A DNA stretch of 63,871 bases, filler included, from Octopus bimaculoides (GCF_001194135.2; 7 parts of 6 records of this genome joined end to end with filler, not necessarily neighbours in it), one strand, 5' to 3'; numbered from the whole stretch's first letter, positions 40,227 through 54,110 are shown. A program made the numbers and translations. Notes: a model not told the origin generated them from the sequence alone.

Positions 40227-41310
40227 ATTATTATTATTATTATTATCATCATCATCATTTCGCTTAGACATAGCGATACTGATAACTCGTCAGAATGAAA
40301 ACTTAGTCAAGTACAGAGTGCTAATAAGAAATTTAAATCATAGGCGAAAAAGAACTTATGTAATGAAGTTCATTAGTCATATATATACACAGAGAGACAG
40401 AGAGAGCAACTGAACTTCATGGCATGATTTGGCATTCCTTTCAAATTACATCTACGGTGTATTAACTTGAGATTGCCAAACAACAATGTAACCCNNNNNN
40501 NNNNNNNNNNNNNNNNNNNNNNNNNNNNNNNNNNNNNNNNNNNNNNNNNNNNNNNNNNNNNNNNNNNNNNNNNNNNNNNNNNNNNNNNNNNNNNNNNNNN
40601 NNNNNNNNNNNNNNNNNNNNNNNNNNNNNNNNNNNNNNNNNNNNNNNNNNNNNNNNNNNNNNNNNNNNNNNNNNNNNNNNNNNNNNNNNNNNNNNNNNNN
40701 NNNNNNNNNNNNNNNNNNNNNNNNNNNNNNNNNNNNNNNNNNNNNNNNNNNNNNNNNNNNNNNNNNNNNNNNNNNNNNNNNNNNNNNNNNNNNNNNNNNN
40801 NNNNNNNNNNNNNNNNNNNNNNNNNNNNNNNNNNNNNNNNNNNNNNNNNNNNNNNNNNNNNNNNNNNNNNNNNNNNNNNNNNNNNNNNNNNNNNNNNNNN
40901 NNNNNNNNNNNNNNNNNNNNNNNNNNNNNNNNNNNNNNNNNNNNNNNNNNNNNNNNNNNNNNNNNNNNNNNNNNNNNNNNNNNNNNNNNNNNNNNNNNNN
41001 NNNNNNNNNNNNNNNNNNNNNNNNNNNNNNNNNNNNNNNNNNNNNNNNNNNNNNNNNNNNNNNNNNNNNNNNNNNNNNNNNNNNNNNNNNNNNNNNNNNN
41101 NNNNNNNNNNNNNNNNNNNNNNNNNNNNNNNNNNNNNNNNNNNNNNNNNNNNNNNNNNNNNNNNNNNNNNNNNNNNNNNNNNNNNNNNNNNNNNNNNNNN
41201 NNNNNNNNNNNNNNNNNNNNNNNATATATATATATATATATATATATACTAATCATTGATAAATAGTTAGGCATTATGTAATACTATAGAGACAAATTCA
41301 ATCGTCTATA

Positions 41311-41420
41311 TACAGGGTGTCCACAAAGTCTGGCTAAATGGAGTAAATAATATCATAACATAAGCAATTAAATATAAGAAATAATAATTTCTTAAAATAT
41401 GTGTTAATCCCCATGTACCC
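41311..41420. mobile_element. Tc1/mariner-type MITE remnant
   Basis: Starts TA-CAGGGTGTCCACAAAGTCTGG, and a partial inverted end TTAATCCCCATGTACC pairs with the inner part of the left end. Confidence 0.55.
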
Positions 41421-41904
41421 TCACTCTCCCAGCCTAGCAGCAATTCAATTATTGAAACAAGTAAATATATATTCTGTCTTCATATTTATGTGATAAAAAA
41501 TACATGCTTTAGTATTTCCGAACTGGTTATACTTGTCGTTGCTGAAGTACTATTTATTATAGCCTTGTTAAAATGAGTGATTAATGTCCACACGTATGAT
41601 CAATGGCTTTCCAATAGTAACCAATACATTTATGCTCCAGACGCTGTGTAGTTAGTACTTCTTTAAGGAATATATTCCGTTAACTGTGAAAAGCAATAAT
41701 GTATAATTTAAAAGAAATTTCCGTGCCATTTCTAGTAAATCACGCGATTACATCGAAGCTTTCATATCAACTCGAAAATACAGAATTGTATTTATATAAA
41801 CGGCCTCAACAGGGTATGGAAACTACCAGGGTTACTTCAATATCATTGTGATTACGCATGATACTTTACGCGGATCAAGTATAACATTTTGAAGGTATAC
41901 TTTT

Positions 41905-42292
41905 TTACTGTTTTACTTGTTTCAGTCATTTGACTGTGGCCATGCTGGAGCACCGTCTTTAGTCGTGCAAATCGACCCCAGGATTTATTCTTTTGTAAGC
42001 CTAGTACTTATTCTACCGGTCTCTTTTTGCCGAACCGCTAAGTTACGGGGACGTAAACACACCAGCATCGGTTGTCAAGCGATGTTGGGTGGGGGGGCAA
42101 ACATATACACACACACATACATATATACGACGGGCTTCTTTCAGTTTCCGTCTACCAAATCCACTCACAAGCCTTTGGTCGGCCCGAAGCTATAGTAGAA
42201 GACACTTGCCCAAGGTGCCACGCAGTGGGACTGAACCCGGAACCATGTGGCTGGTAAGCAAGCTATTTACCACACTACCACTCCTGCGCCTA
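41905..42292 (-). mobile_element. Near full-length tRNA-derived SINE, family A
   Basis: Minus strand begins GGCGCAGGAGTGGTAGTGTGGTAA...GGTTCCGGGTTCAGTCCC (A/B-box-like head) and ends CCAGCATGGCCACAGTCAAATGACTGAAAC. Partial copies at ~22588, 27239, 28520, 30390, 59470 and 60220. Confidence 0.9.
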
Positions 42293-42941
42293 TGATTTAT
42301 TTTCAATTTTTTTTTCTCACACCAGCTCAGTGTTGAGAAAAGCACAATGCTCATATGAGTATAACATTTGCTGCCTTTTCGACATCGTTTGAGCTTGATG
42401 CTGTTTAACTTCCGCTCAAATTATTTGCAGTTTAACACCTGCACGAAATTCATGGGCAGAGTGGTAGGGAGATTGTAGAGGACCGAAAGAAATGGGTAAT
42501 CGGCTACTGCAGGGCTCGGTGTGTGGACGTCACACGAATGAAAGAAGCTAAACGGACACGTGGGTCAGATTTGTCTGAGTGGATGAGGTACGAGATCTTC
42601 GAGATTCAAATGAACAGAGGTCATTAAAGCAGAGACGTAATAAACTTGATATGAGGGAAATATGCCATTATAGCAGCTAGAAGACCAGCTAATTCCGAGC
42701 AACGGAGGTTATTATAGTAACTACGAGCTTGACCAACTACTTGGAACAAAATACATTATAGTAATAATTCGACCGGAATGAGACGATGAGATGCAGCTGT
42801 TTGGACGGCGACGAAGTCACGGTTGACTGGATATTCGGACTGTTTTGGCGACAGAAATTTCTGGAACTGGATATGAACACATATATAAGCGCACGTGCAG
42901 GAATGAACGTCTACACATAGAATTAGTGTATGAAGGAGAGA

Positions 42942-43041
<100 letters not shown>

Positions 43042-43264
43042 TATTACAATTTATTAATTAAACACGACTGATATAAACACATTTCCTCTCCTCAAACGGA
43101 TAAACAGAAATATGCTAACAGACAAACAGGGACACAGACAGAAAGACGGACACATTGACAGGCAGATCGACGGGCAGACAGACAAACAGGCATGCAGGCA
43201 GCCAGGCTGACAGACAGAGGCAGATAGAGCAGAAACAGAAAGAGAGAAGCATTAAAACATCTGG

Positions 43265-43304
43265 TATCAAATAATTCAACATTGAAGCCCGTCGTTTATA
43301 TGTG

Positions 43305-43336
<32 letters not shown>

Positions 43337-43527
43337 CTTGTGTGTCTCTGTTTGTCCCCCCAACATCGCTTGACCACCGATGCTGGTGTGTTTACGTCCC
43401 CGCAACTTAGCGGTTCGGCAAAAGAGACCGTTAGAATAAGTACTAGGCTTACAAAGAATAAGTCCTGGGGTTGATTTGCTCGACTAAAGGCAGTGCTCCA
43501 GCATGGCCGCAGTCAAATGACTGAAAA
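43265..43527 (+). mobile_element. SINE family A, 3' portion, inverted relative to the 41905-42292 copy
   Basis: Near-identical reverse complement of ~41921-42140. Confidence 0.88.
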
Positions 43528-44479
43528 AATTGAAAAGAGTATATCTAGAACAGTGCTGATATTTTGAACATAGTAAAAAAATTAAGGAACTTAGCTGCTA
43601 ATCTTAGCGGGTAGAACTATTCCAAATATACTGGAAATTTCACCTGAACCGTCCCTGAGTGAGCAGATATTTCCAAACATGATTAACCTACTAATTAAGA
43701 ATAAGATACCATTAAATGATTTAATGCGCTTGTAAAAAAAAATGGTGGTATGTGATTTCAGAGCAGAAGCATGCCTGCTTCGTCTAGCAAGATAAGAGTC
43801 TATGCAGAAGCTTTATAAATGAGTCTTCTTGAAAATGTTCTCTTTCTTTTGGGTGGAGAAAAACAGAACAAACACACTCGATACTAATGATTATATCACA
43901 GGATTAGGAAACCTAAATGACTAATCAGGCTGTTGTCTGGTTTTGATATATTGGATAGATTCTGGCGTTGTAGGAGGAAATTTCCACAGCATTTAAATTA
44001 ATTCCAGAATAATATAATTGCAAATCTGAAAGCTTGCAATTTGTTTCAAGAAGTACACAATTGTTTTAATCTAAATCCTGAATACCTGTTCCAATATGAT
44101 TCACTTGCAATCATTCATCTATGTTTGTCTTTGTGTTATGTTATAAAACCGAGTAAGCGCTTTTATTCAATAAGAATCTTTTTATTTTTTAAACTTCTTT
44201 TCATTTTCATTTCGAAAATTTGGTGGAAGTTAACATATGCTACTAAATGAATTCAAGAATCTTCTCTTCTCTGATAATGGGCATATTGTAAGTATGCCAA
44301 TATATGAAACCAAAATTAAAGTAAATTTTGTCTAAAATCAATCTAAAATTGTAAAATTCAAAAAATTCTAATGTGAATATATATATCATACCAGTATATT
44401 GCTGATATCGTGCTTTTCGCGTTGAATCTTCAATCAAAATCTAAAGTTCACTTTCTGTAACCTTCAATATCTTCTTACT

Positions 44480-44645
44480 CCTTCGTCTGTCATTACGTTC
44501 TGAGTTCAAATTCCGCCTAGGTCGACTATGCCTTTTATCCTTTTGGGGTCGATAAATTAAGCGCCAGTTGCGTACTGGGGTCGATCTAATCGACTGAACC
44601 CGTGCCCCCAAAATGTCAGGCCTTGTGCCTAGAGTACAAAAGAAT
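44480..44645 (+). mobile_element. SINE family B fragment
   Basis: TTCGTCTGTCATTACGTTCTGAGTTCAAATTCCGCC...GGCCTTGTGCCTAGAGTA. Similar copies at ~12325, 25505, 34560, 47740 and 57700. Confidence 0.85.
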
Positions 44646-45448
44646 ATCTTCTTAGTCCTATCTCCGTTTCGCTGTCATGAAAATATTATCATGATCTTCA
44701 GCTAAATATTCTAATAAATTTGTTAATGTCTAAATAACTCACGTTAATTTTGACCATGCGAACATCAATACCACGTGAGGAAGACGTTAAGAAATTTATC
44801 GGCCAGTGAGTTCAAAATCCCTCGCTATCAATCTGGAGTAATAATTTGTAGTTTTGAAATCAGTAGTTCTTTGACTGCTATTTCTGAATTCTCAGTATAT
44901 TGGAGAAGCAGGTTACTGTCAATCCCTATATATTTNNNNNNNNNNNNNNNNNNNNNNNNNNNNNNNNNNNNNNNNNNNNNNNNNNNNNNNNNNNNNNNNN
45001 NNNNNNNNNNNNNNNNNNNNNNNNNNNNNNNNNNNNNNNNNNNNNNNNNNNNNNNNNNNNNNNNNNNNNNNNNNNNNNNNNNNNNNNNNNNNNNNNNNNN
45101 NNNNNNNNNNNNNNNNNNNNNNNNNNNNNNNNNNNNNNNNNNNNNNNNNNNNNNNNNNNNNNNNNNNNNNNNNNNNNNNNNNNNNNNNNNNNNNNNNNNN
45201 NNNNNNNNNNNNNNNNNNNNNNNNNNNNNNNNNNNNNNNNNNNNNNNNNNNNNNNNNNNNNNNNNNNNNNNNNNNNNNNNNNNNNNNNNNNNNNNNNNNN
45301 NNNNNNNNNNNNNNNNNNNNNNNNNNNNNNNNNNNNNNNNNNNNNNNNNNNNNNNNNNAAACTAACAGAGATTCATCTTTTTGCTTACATCTCCCTCCCC
45401 TAGTCATTTCCCCCTTTTTCGCATCTTCTTCATAATTATCGTTATCAT

Positions 45449-45503
<55 letters not shown>

Positions 45504-45814
45504 TTATCTTCTGCTTCTGTTCCCAACTTCCAACAAACGCGGTGACCGACCGGCACGACGCATATCTAATTAATTATAAGATTTTTTTCAAGTTTTTCTT
45601 CCATCTTTGTCTTTCAAAGCTTATAATTCTTACCTGATATTTCCTATCTGGCTTTAATAATATCCTTTGATCATAGATCTTCTCGAAAACTCCATCCTTG
45701 TATCTAAGCAACATGAATAGCATTGACAACAACTACAACGCCAGCAACAGTTTGTGTCGTTAAAACAGGCGCAGACATGACTCTTTCTATGATTCAGAAT
45801 TTAACTTCGCAATC

Positions 45815-46330
45815 ACGTTGGTGGTTGGGCTGAAAAGTTTCTGGCTTTCGGTAAAAGAATATTCTGGGTGATCAGCTAGATATGATTTTATTCAACATAT
45901 TTCCCTCTCAGATTCATGCACTTATTGCAGCCGTCCTTTTTATTTAAATAGTTTACCTAGATGACACCTGTAAGGCACTCTTAATTGGCATAAACAGAAT
46001 AGTAGTAACGGGTGCATCATACATGCATTCGCTTTTCTTGTCACAAACCAACTTAAATGATCACAATAATTTATCTACAGAGTTTGTTAGCGGAAAACTA
46101 AATGATATCAAATCTTTAACTGAATATATATGAGGGAGGGCTGAAAAGGTCCTCGCTTTGGGTACAAAAAGTAGAGGAGGATCAGCTAATTATGTTCTTA
46201 TTCAGTATATTCTCCGCTCAGGTTCACACACTTCTTGCAGGGGTCCTTCAGTTTTACTAAGTGCTGTAAAAGAACTTGGAAGGTTGGGCCTCGAATCAGG
46301 CCTTTCGCGATATTCTTATAGCTAGGGACT
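45815..46330 (-). mobile_element. Two decayed mariner 3' ends
   Basis: 46131-46330 starts with a TA-TGAGGGAGGGCTGAAAAG TIR-like end and translates on the minus strand to ...KLKDPCKKCVNLSGEYTE*, matching the mariner C-terminal KC...GEY.E motif. A homologous block lies at 45815-45940. Confidence 0.65.
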
Positions 46331-47668
46331 TTTCAACATTCCCTCGTATTGGTGGTTTCGTGTTTTTTGTTCCCAATCAACGGTACATTGGAGAAGACTT
46401 CGATCATGAACCAAACAAATGTGACGTCAGATGTATATGTGCACTTGCGATTGTATGTGTGCGTGTATGTGTTTGTGTGTGTGCTTGTGTGTGTACTTGT
46501 GTGTGTGCGTGCGTACGTGTGTGTGTGTGTGCATGATTGTATGTGTATGGTTGTATGTGCGTTGGTTCTTGCCTTCGTGTTTGTCTTTCGTGACCGCTTA
46601 ACAGCTAGTTTCTTGTCAGCAAAAGGGAACATTTGAAATTCCAGATTTAGGAGTAATTACGAGGGTAATTTAGGAGGCACTAATTCTTCAGGCTGGCGCC
46701 ACAACAAGGCCTTCGTCTAATAACTGAAGCATGCCTTCGTTCTGGTTAATGGAAATATCATTGATTGAAATTTAAATATAGGGGTAAGCATAATGACGTT
46801 GTCACGAAGTTGGTTTCTCAACCCCATGGATTCGGTTTCATTCCCACAACACACCACACCACTTTGGGTTAGTGTAACCTACTACACGACCGACCAATGC
46901 CTTATGAGGGAATTTGATAGACGAAAACAGTGTGGAATCCAGTCCCTTGTATGTGACTGAGTCTATTTGCGCGCACCCGTGTGTGTGTGTGAGTTTGTAT
47001 CTGTAAGATGTTGTGTGTGTTTTTTTTATATTTATAATCCCCATTGCTTCACGACTGGTGCTGGATTGTTTACATGCCAATAATATGGTGCTTTGGTCAA
47101 TAGACTCAGTGCCAATCTTTAAATATGAATTACTATTATCGACTAAAGAATTTTAGGTGATGTTCCCACATCGCCTAAATTCAATGAGTGAAATAATTTA
47201 AAGAATAAACGAAAAAATATTTTTAAAAATGTAAATCAAACAACATAAAGTATAAAACAAAAACCTGAATTAAATCGAGTAAACGAATCCGGTATCGATA
47301 TTCATTCTCTTGGATATTTTTATCATTTGGTAGTAGGGATTGTTCAGATGTTTAATTCGAATCCTTCATAACATTTTCATATACCGCTCCAACAACGGCA
47401 AAACGTCATCATCATCATCAAGGGAACATCAGCAGCAGCAGTAGCAGCATCTCTAGCAATGACAACGATGTCAATCCTTCTTTTCCCCTACAATATTCAT
47501 ATAACTGCAATTCTAAAGGCCATAAAAATATTTATTAATAAACATCTGTTTCAAGTAAGACGCAGAAGGCAATGCGAAGAGAAAAATAATTACTCTAATC
47601 GCATGCAGCGTGAAAGCAATTTCGCATTCTTATTATGTTGTTGTTGTCATTACTATTATTATTACTAA

Positions 47669-47732
<64 letters not shown>

Positions 47733-47823
47733 GCTAAGGCGGCGATTCCAGCTGAGCACTGGAGTCGATGTAATCAACTTAACCCTCCCGCTAACTTGCT
47801 GGCCTTGTGCGTAAATTTGAAGC

Positions 47824-47875
<52 letters not shown>

Positions 47876-48465
47876 GAGGCGGTGAGATGGCAGAATCGTC
47901 AACACGCCGGGCAAAAAGCCTAGCGGCACTTCGTCCGTCTTTAGGTTCTGAGTTCAAATGCTGCCGAGTTCGACTTTGCCTTTCGTCCTTTTTGGTTCGA
48001 TGAAATAAGTGCCAGGTGAGCACTGGTGTCAATGTAATCGACTGGCCACCCTTCCCCCAAATTTCAGGGCTTGTGCCTATAACAGAAAGGATTATTTTTA
48101 TTTATTTACGCACCCTTTTAAAGCCTAGCTGGGCTAATGGGTCCGGTTTCCCGGTTTCTATGGTGCATGTGTGCATTATCCAAACCCCCAAAGAATTCCT
48201 CTCAACACATGGCTATGATGCTCCCCCACTACTTCTGCTCGTGATCAGAGATGCAAATATCGTCAGCTACTTAGGGACATGCTCAACTGGTTACGGTCAA
48301 ACAATTGAAAGCAAATCTGTGGTATTGAACAGAATATTTACTGTAGCCCATCTTTTATACCAAGACAAAACAATGTTCATGATAACACTTCCAAACAGTT
48401 AAGATCAGAAGCCATGGGAGCCACTGCCTGGTACTGCATCAGGGCATTTATTATTATTATTATTA

Positions 48466-48507
<42 letters not shown>

Positions 48508-48511
48508 GATC

Positions 48512-49645
48512 CTAAGGAACCACCTGATTGGTTAGTAAGTGTTATTACCTGCTTCCAGAGAATAATGAAACTAAATTTCCAAAAATCTATTGGCGCATAC
48601 TCTGTCAATCTACTACGTGGATAAGACATACGCATTTATGGAACAGAATAATATTTTCCCCACTGACCAAAAGGGAAAGTATTATTCATAATAATATGGA
48701 TGCATCATAAGGATGCTCATATGGATGCATGGATTAACTCCTGATCGATCGCATGATCCCTGAGAACTGTCATAAACACAAAATTCTCACTTCCGCATGG
48801 ATTGATTATAAAAAGGCCTTTGACAGCATACCGCATTCATGGATCTTGAAATCGCTGGATGTCATCAAAATTTCTCCTGTAATTTAAAACTTCCTGTAGC
48901 ACATGTCAGTGCGGAATACGAATCTCCAATTATACCACACTAAGGGAGTACTGACTACAAACAATATTAATATCAACTGCGGCATTTTCCTAGGTGACTC
49001 ACTTTCAACTCTAATTTTTTTTGCATAGCTCTAATACCCCTTACAAGTGAACGTAACAGAGAATAATAGCTCGAGAAAAGAATTCGACAAGCTCAGAAAA
49101 TATAAACATTTGTTGATCGAAATCGAAAAAATGTGACATCTCAAGACGGTTACAACACCAGTGATTGTAGGATCCCTTAGAATGATCAAAAAAGGAACTG
49201 AAAATTATTTGAGGAAGATCCCTGGTTTACCATACATGCAGGGAATGCAAAAGATTGTCTTAACTGGTTGTCATGCGCATTGACTGTGAATTTTCTTTCC
49301 TTTTTCCTTTTTATTTTCTTTGTTTCCTTTTTTCCTTTTTCTCGAAAGGATAGAAGGCAAAGTCGATCTCGGCGGAATTTGAACTCAATAATAATAATAA
49401 TAATATTTCGACAAAATATTTCACAAGGTCAGAAAATATACCGATTTGCTCACTGAAATCGAAAAAGTGTGGCATCGCAGGGCTGTTACAATACCATTGA
49501 TTGTATGAGCACTAGGAATAAGGAAAAAGTAAATAAATAAATAAAACATTTGAGAATGATTCCTGAACCAGCAACCCTCCAAGAAGTGCAAAAGATTGTT
49601 TTAACTGGTGAGTCACACGTATTGAGAAGGGCATTGTTGTTGTGA
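48512..49645 (+). mobile_element. Internally deleted R4/Dong-like non-LTR retrotransposon (RT and REL tail fragments)
   Basis: AWIDYKKAFDSIPHSWI, CGIFLGDSLSTL and FMEQNNIFPTDQKG RT motifs, followed by KLRKYKHLLIEIEKM..PVIVGSL..MQKIVLTG. A second REL-tail copy lies at ~49420-49645. Confidence 0.82.
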
Positions 49646-50645
49646 GAACGATTTCTTTCCGTGTAAATATATTCTTTTTATTTCTACATAACTTTATTTG
49701 ATTTTGTAAATGAAGAAAATGATGTGTTTATTTTAATGGCCTATCAATTTATATTTATAGTGCCATTGCCCTAGGTGTCGGAAAGAAACTTGGCAAGAAA
49801 TGGAAACAAAATTGAAAGAATAAAAACTCATCATAATAAAATTCATGGTGGTGATGAGGACAATGATTGCAAGAAGCGGAAAAGGTGGGTCATAAACGTA
49901 GGAACGTTTGTTAGGTGTGGGGGGGACTTTCTAACGTAAACTCGTTTAATTATTATTTAAAAATTATTATTATTATTATTAAAAAAAGTCATAATGCTTT
50001 TCTTCACATGCACCTATGTATGTTACGCGTTAAAATATTAAATTGAATATGGGCAGAAAGAAAGGGGGAGGGAGAGAGAGAGGGGGGTAGATAGATAGAC
50101 AGGCAGACAAAGAGTAGGAGGAGTGTTTAGTAGCGAAAATGCATAACGGTGATAGGTAGGAGAAAAAGACATCTATTATAAATGGTGAGTTGAAGTGACA
50201 GACAGACAGACAGAGAAAGAATCAGATGGAGAGATAAAAATGAGAGTTACCGCAGGAAACATGTGAGCAAGTGAGTGATAGAAAAAGAAGGTATGTTATT
50301 ATTTCAAACGTACATTCCGTCACACACTCACACAAATATATATATATATATATATATACGGTAGAACAAGGAGAAAGATAAATTTTATTCAACGTATAGA
50401 TATTGAACATTATAGATATAAAAGATAAAATCCTTTTTTTCTTCTCAAAAGCACAAACATTTGTTGGTAGCTAGCCATTAGGAGCGAACTCACATCCCTC
50501 TAATATCCGGTTAGAACGCTTTACTATTTAAGCCAAACTGCCTTACCGCCAAATTCTTCTGCAATTTAAGAAGTTATAGAGTCATCCAGGAACGCTAGAT
50601 GTTGTATGGGTTACGCCGTATGTAAACAAGCAAGTCTGTTTACAT

Positions 50646-50692
<47 letters not shown>

Positions 50693-50966
50693 GTACAATA
50701 TATCAAGAAACGCATTAGCTGTTAAAGTGATCGTGTTGTCAAAGAAGGGAAGTTGGTAAATGAGGGTGGCAACGGCAAAGAATGTACTTTCTCTTCTAGA
50801 TCAATTATCTTTAAATTTCAGTGACTGATCGAATGCATTGTCATGCATTCAATGGTCGTCTACTAAATCGAACCTTTCGTATCTCTTTAAAATATAGTTT
50901 TGCCTCTGTCTATATTTGTAAAGCCAAAGAATCAAATCGAAAGCTATAATATTTATGATACTTATA

Positions 50967-51718
50967 CGTGGTCTGATCAATAAGTATCCGGACTGTTGCT
51001 ATATAGTAACGAAGATAAAGCCCGCAAAGTGATGATTTAACGTTCTACCTCACTTCCGCTATTTACATCAGTGCTTGGAAGGAACGTGTATAGCGTGTGG
51101 TCATCGCATTGACCATGACAGAGAAAGTTGACCAGAGAATCTACTTCAAATTTTGCCAATAGCTTGTCAATAGCAGCTCAGAGGCCTACAAAAGGTTTTC
51201 ATCGTTCTTGACACAATCAAGATCTTGTGCAACTGAAACCCAAGTGCCTTTTTGGTCAGCATAAAGCGGTTTTGGCACAAAATTGGCACAGTAGCGACTC
51301 ATTCCCGAATCTTCAGTGATAATGGACTGAACTAAACCGTAGCTAATCTGCAGATCCTGTGATCACACACGGATGTTGATTCGACGATTTTCCTTCACAG
51401 TTGCATGGACATCTGCGATGTTTTTCACAGTTCTGCTGGTTGCAAATCTCCCAGAACGTTCCTAGATATCGACATATTTTCAGCAATCTTGGAAACGCCT
51501 AAACCCTCGCATACTTCTGTGCAACTCATACACTCCTCTCCATACATTTTCTGCAACTTTTCGTAGGCCTCTGAGTAGGTATCGCCATGACGGCTTTCAC
51601 TGTCATGGTCAATGCAGCGATCACACGCTACACACGTTCCTTCCAAGCACGGCTGTAAACGCTGGAAGTGAACTACAACATTAAAACTTAGTGCGCATGC
51701 ACAGCAGAGTTCACGCAA

Positions 51719-51814
<96 letters not shown>

Positions 51815-51859
51815 CGTTACCCTAAGGCAACAGTCCAGATACTTATTTATTAGACCACT
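50967..51859. mobile_element. Composite mariner relic made of two left ends in inverted orientation
   Basis: TA-flanked TIRs (C/A)GTGGTCT.AT.AATAAGTATC.GGACT at both ends. The plus arm encodes MTEKVDQRIYFKFCQ; the minus arm encodes SEAYEKLQKMYGEECMS and FVPKPL. Confidence 0.8.
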
Positions 51860-52111
51860 TATAATTGGCCTGACAATAAATAAAAATTTTAAATTAATTA
51901 TGTTGTATACAAGATGTGATTGCCTGGTTTCAAACTTTTTTTCCCAACCACATGCTTCTGTGTTCAATTCCACAGCGTGGCACCTTAGCCATGTGTCTTC
52001 GAATATAACACCGGACCGATCTCATCCTTCAGAGGATTTGTTAAACGGAAACAGAAAAAAAAACGTATATGTATATGTATGTATGCATGTATGTATGTAT
52101 GTATGTTTGTA

Positions 52112-52168
<57 letters not shown>

Positions 52169-52450
52169 CTGTGTGTATGCATGTATGTATATATATATTT
52201 ATCTGTCTAGGGCTGTTAAAATTGCTGAGATCCATGGACGAGTTCTCTCCAGCGGTCTTTGTCCCTAATCTTCGTTGCCATGTCCTGTGCCACCTAGATA
52301 GCGGTATCTAACCTTAGGGCATTAACATATGTTATCCTCGAAACAAGTAAAAGATAAAAGAGGTGAATGATACTATAGCCTCGATCCAGCCAAAGCCTCC
52401 TGGATGTATTGCGTAGATGGAAACTGAAGGAAACCCATCGTATATATATA

Positions 52451-52499
<49 letters not shown>

Positions 52500-53264
52500 G
52501 TGTATGTGTGTTTATTTGTGTGTGTGCGTGTGTCGGCCCGTCTGTTTGTCTGTGCCTGGATGTAGGTGTGCGCGCGTGTGTTTGTGCTTGTGTGTGTGTG
52601 TGTGTGTGTGCATGGTCGCACTCTAATGACTGAAATAAGTAAAAAATAAAAGATAAAACACAAAAGATTAATGACAAAAGATAAAAGATATACATTAAAT
52701 TACGGTATGTTAATGCTTTACTAACGTAAATTTATAATGACAGAACAGTGTTAATGATACGATATGACTTGAATTTCCATTCCATAGTGAATACTGTTTA
52801 CAGCTTGTCGATAAGTGCAAAATAATAAATAAGAATTATAAAGTAAGGAAATATGACAAGTGTACAGCAAAGAAAATGGCGTTCAAAGAGCCGCTCTCCT
52901 GACATTGCTCTTTCACGGCTACATATGTAGATTTTATACGATTTTAAAAAGCAAATATTTCAAATAAAAAAAAAATGCTTCTACAGAAATTACATATCAT
53001 AGGCTTCCCAACCAACTTCTAACGATTTACAGTTTCAAAATAACCGTAGAATTTTCACGGTTCTGCAAATAAATCATTATTGCTTGCTGGTTTTACGGTT
53101 TTCAACAAGTTTTACGTTATTATCCAAATCAAGATTGTCCTATGGTCAAAGCTATTCCCTCTCTGGCAATCCTACCTATTTAGGTTATATGAGTACAAAA
53201 TCCGACAAATTTCCCCCCATAATCTGATGAGTTGTTGATTTCAAGGGAGAATAGTCTCTTACTT

Positions 53265-53429
53265 ATTTACATTATTTATATTGTTTACATTTGACGGATA
53301 TTTGTCCTCATCTTGTTTGTTGTTAACACAACGTTTCGGCTGATATACCCTCTAAGCCTTCATCAAGTGTCTTGGGGAGATTTCGAACCCGGGTTCACAC
53401 TCCTAAGGTATTTTTCGATGTTGTTGTTG

Positions 53430-53492
<63 letters not shown>

Positions 53493-53628
53493 TCACTGCT
53501 TGGAATTGAACTCGGAATCTTGGGCTTAGTAGCCTACGCTCTTAACCACTACGCCTGATGCCCGTGTTAACAGCACACAAGATGAGGACAAATATCTGTC
53601 AAATGTAAATAATATAAATAATATTAAT
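53265..53628. mobile_element. Non-autonomous Penelope-like element: ~65-bp inverted repeats enclosing a hammerhead-like motif, (TTA)n and a tRNA-like segment
   Basis: 53265-53329 is the near reverse complement of 53564-53628. An internal tRNA-like segment lies at ~53490-53555 (-). Confidence 0.7.
53325..53371 (-). ncRNA. Minimal type I hammerhead ribozyme-like motif (PLE type) with a C3-to-U change in this copy
   Basis: Minus strand GACAC-TTGATGA-A-GGCT(13 nt)AGCC-GAAA-CG-T-T-GTGTT: stem I GACAC/GTGTT, stem II GGCT/AGCC, palindromic AACGTT stem III. Confidence 0.62.
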
Positions 53629-54053
53629 AATGTACATAATTCCTCATCTCTTAAATATAGAACTGTATAGTCTCTTACTGTCTGACAGAAACCTATGATC
53701 ATACAGACATACACACACACACATATACTCACATACACACATGTACACATGTAGGTGTGTATTAACGTGCTTGCACTTACGTATTTAGTTTTACACTTTC
53801 CCATACCTTGAGATAAACATGTACATGTCTCTACATAAAGTCACAGTATCTTATACACACACACACACACACACATATGCACATGCCTTAGCTGGGCGAA
53901 ACTTCGAAGTCACTATCAACATCGTCCTTTCCTTGTGTACGAATAATTTTGTTTCTCCAGGAAAGTATACAGTAATCCATCAGATTCATGTAAGATTGTT
54001 TTTATTATAGCAGGACATAAAGCAAACATTAATATGTGTGTGTATGTGTTTAA

Positions 54054-54110
<57 letters not shown>

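Noticed and set aside
42215-42292. tRNA gene calls for A/B-box sequences here and at other SINE heads
   Set aside because: No complete cloverleaf, and each continues into a multi-copy SINE body.
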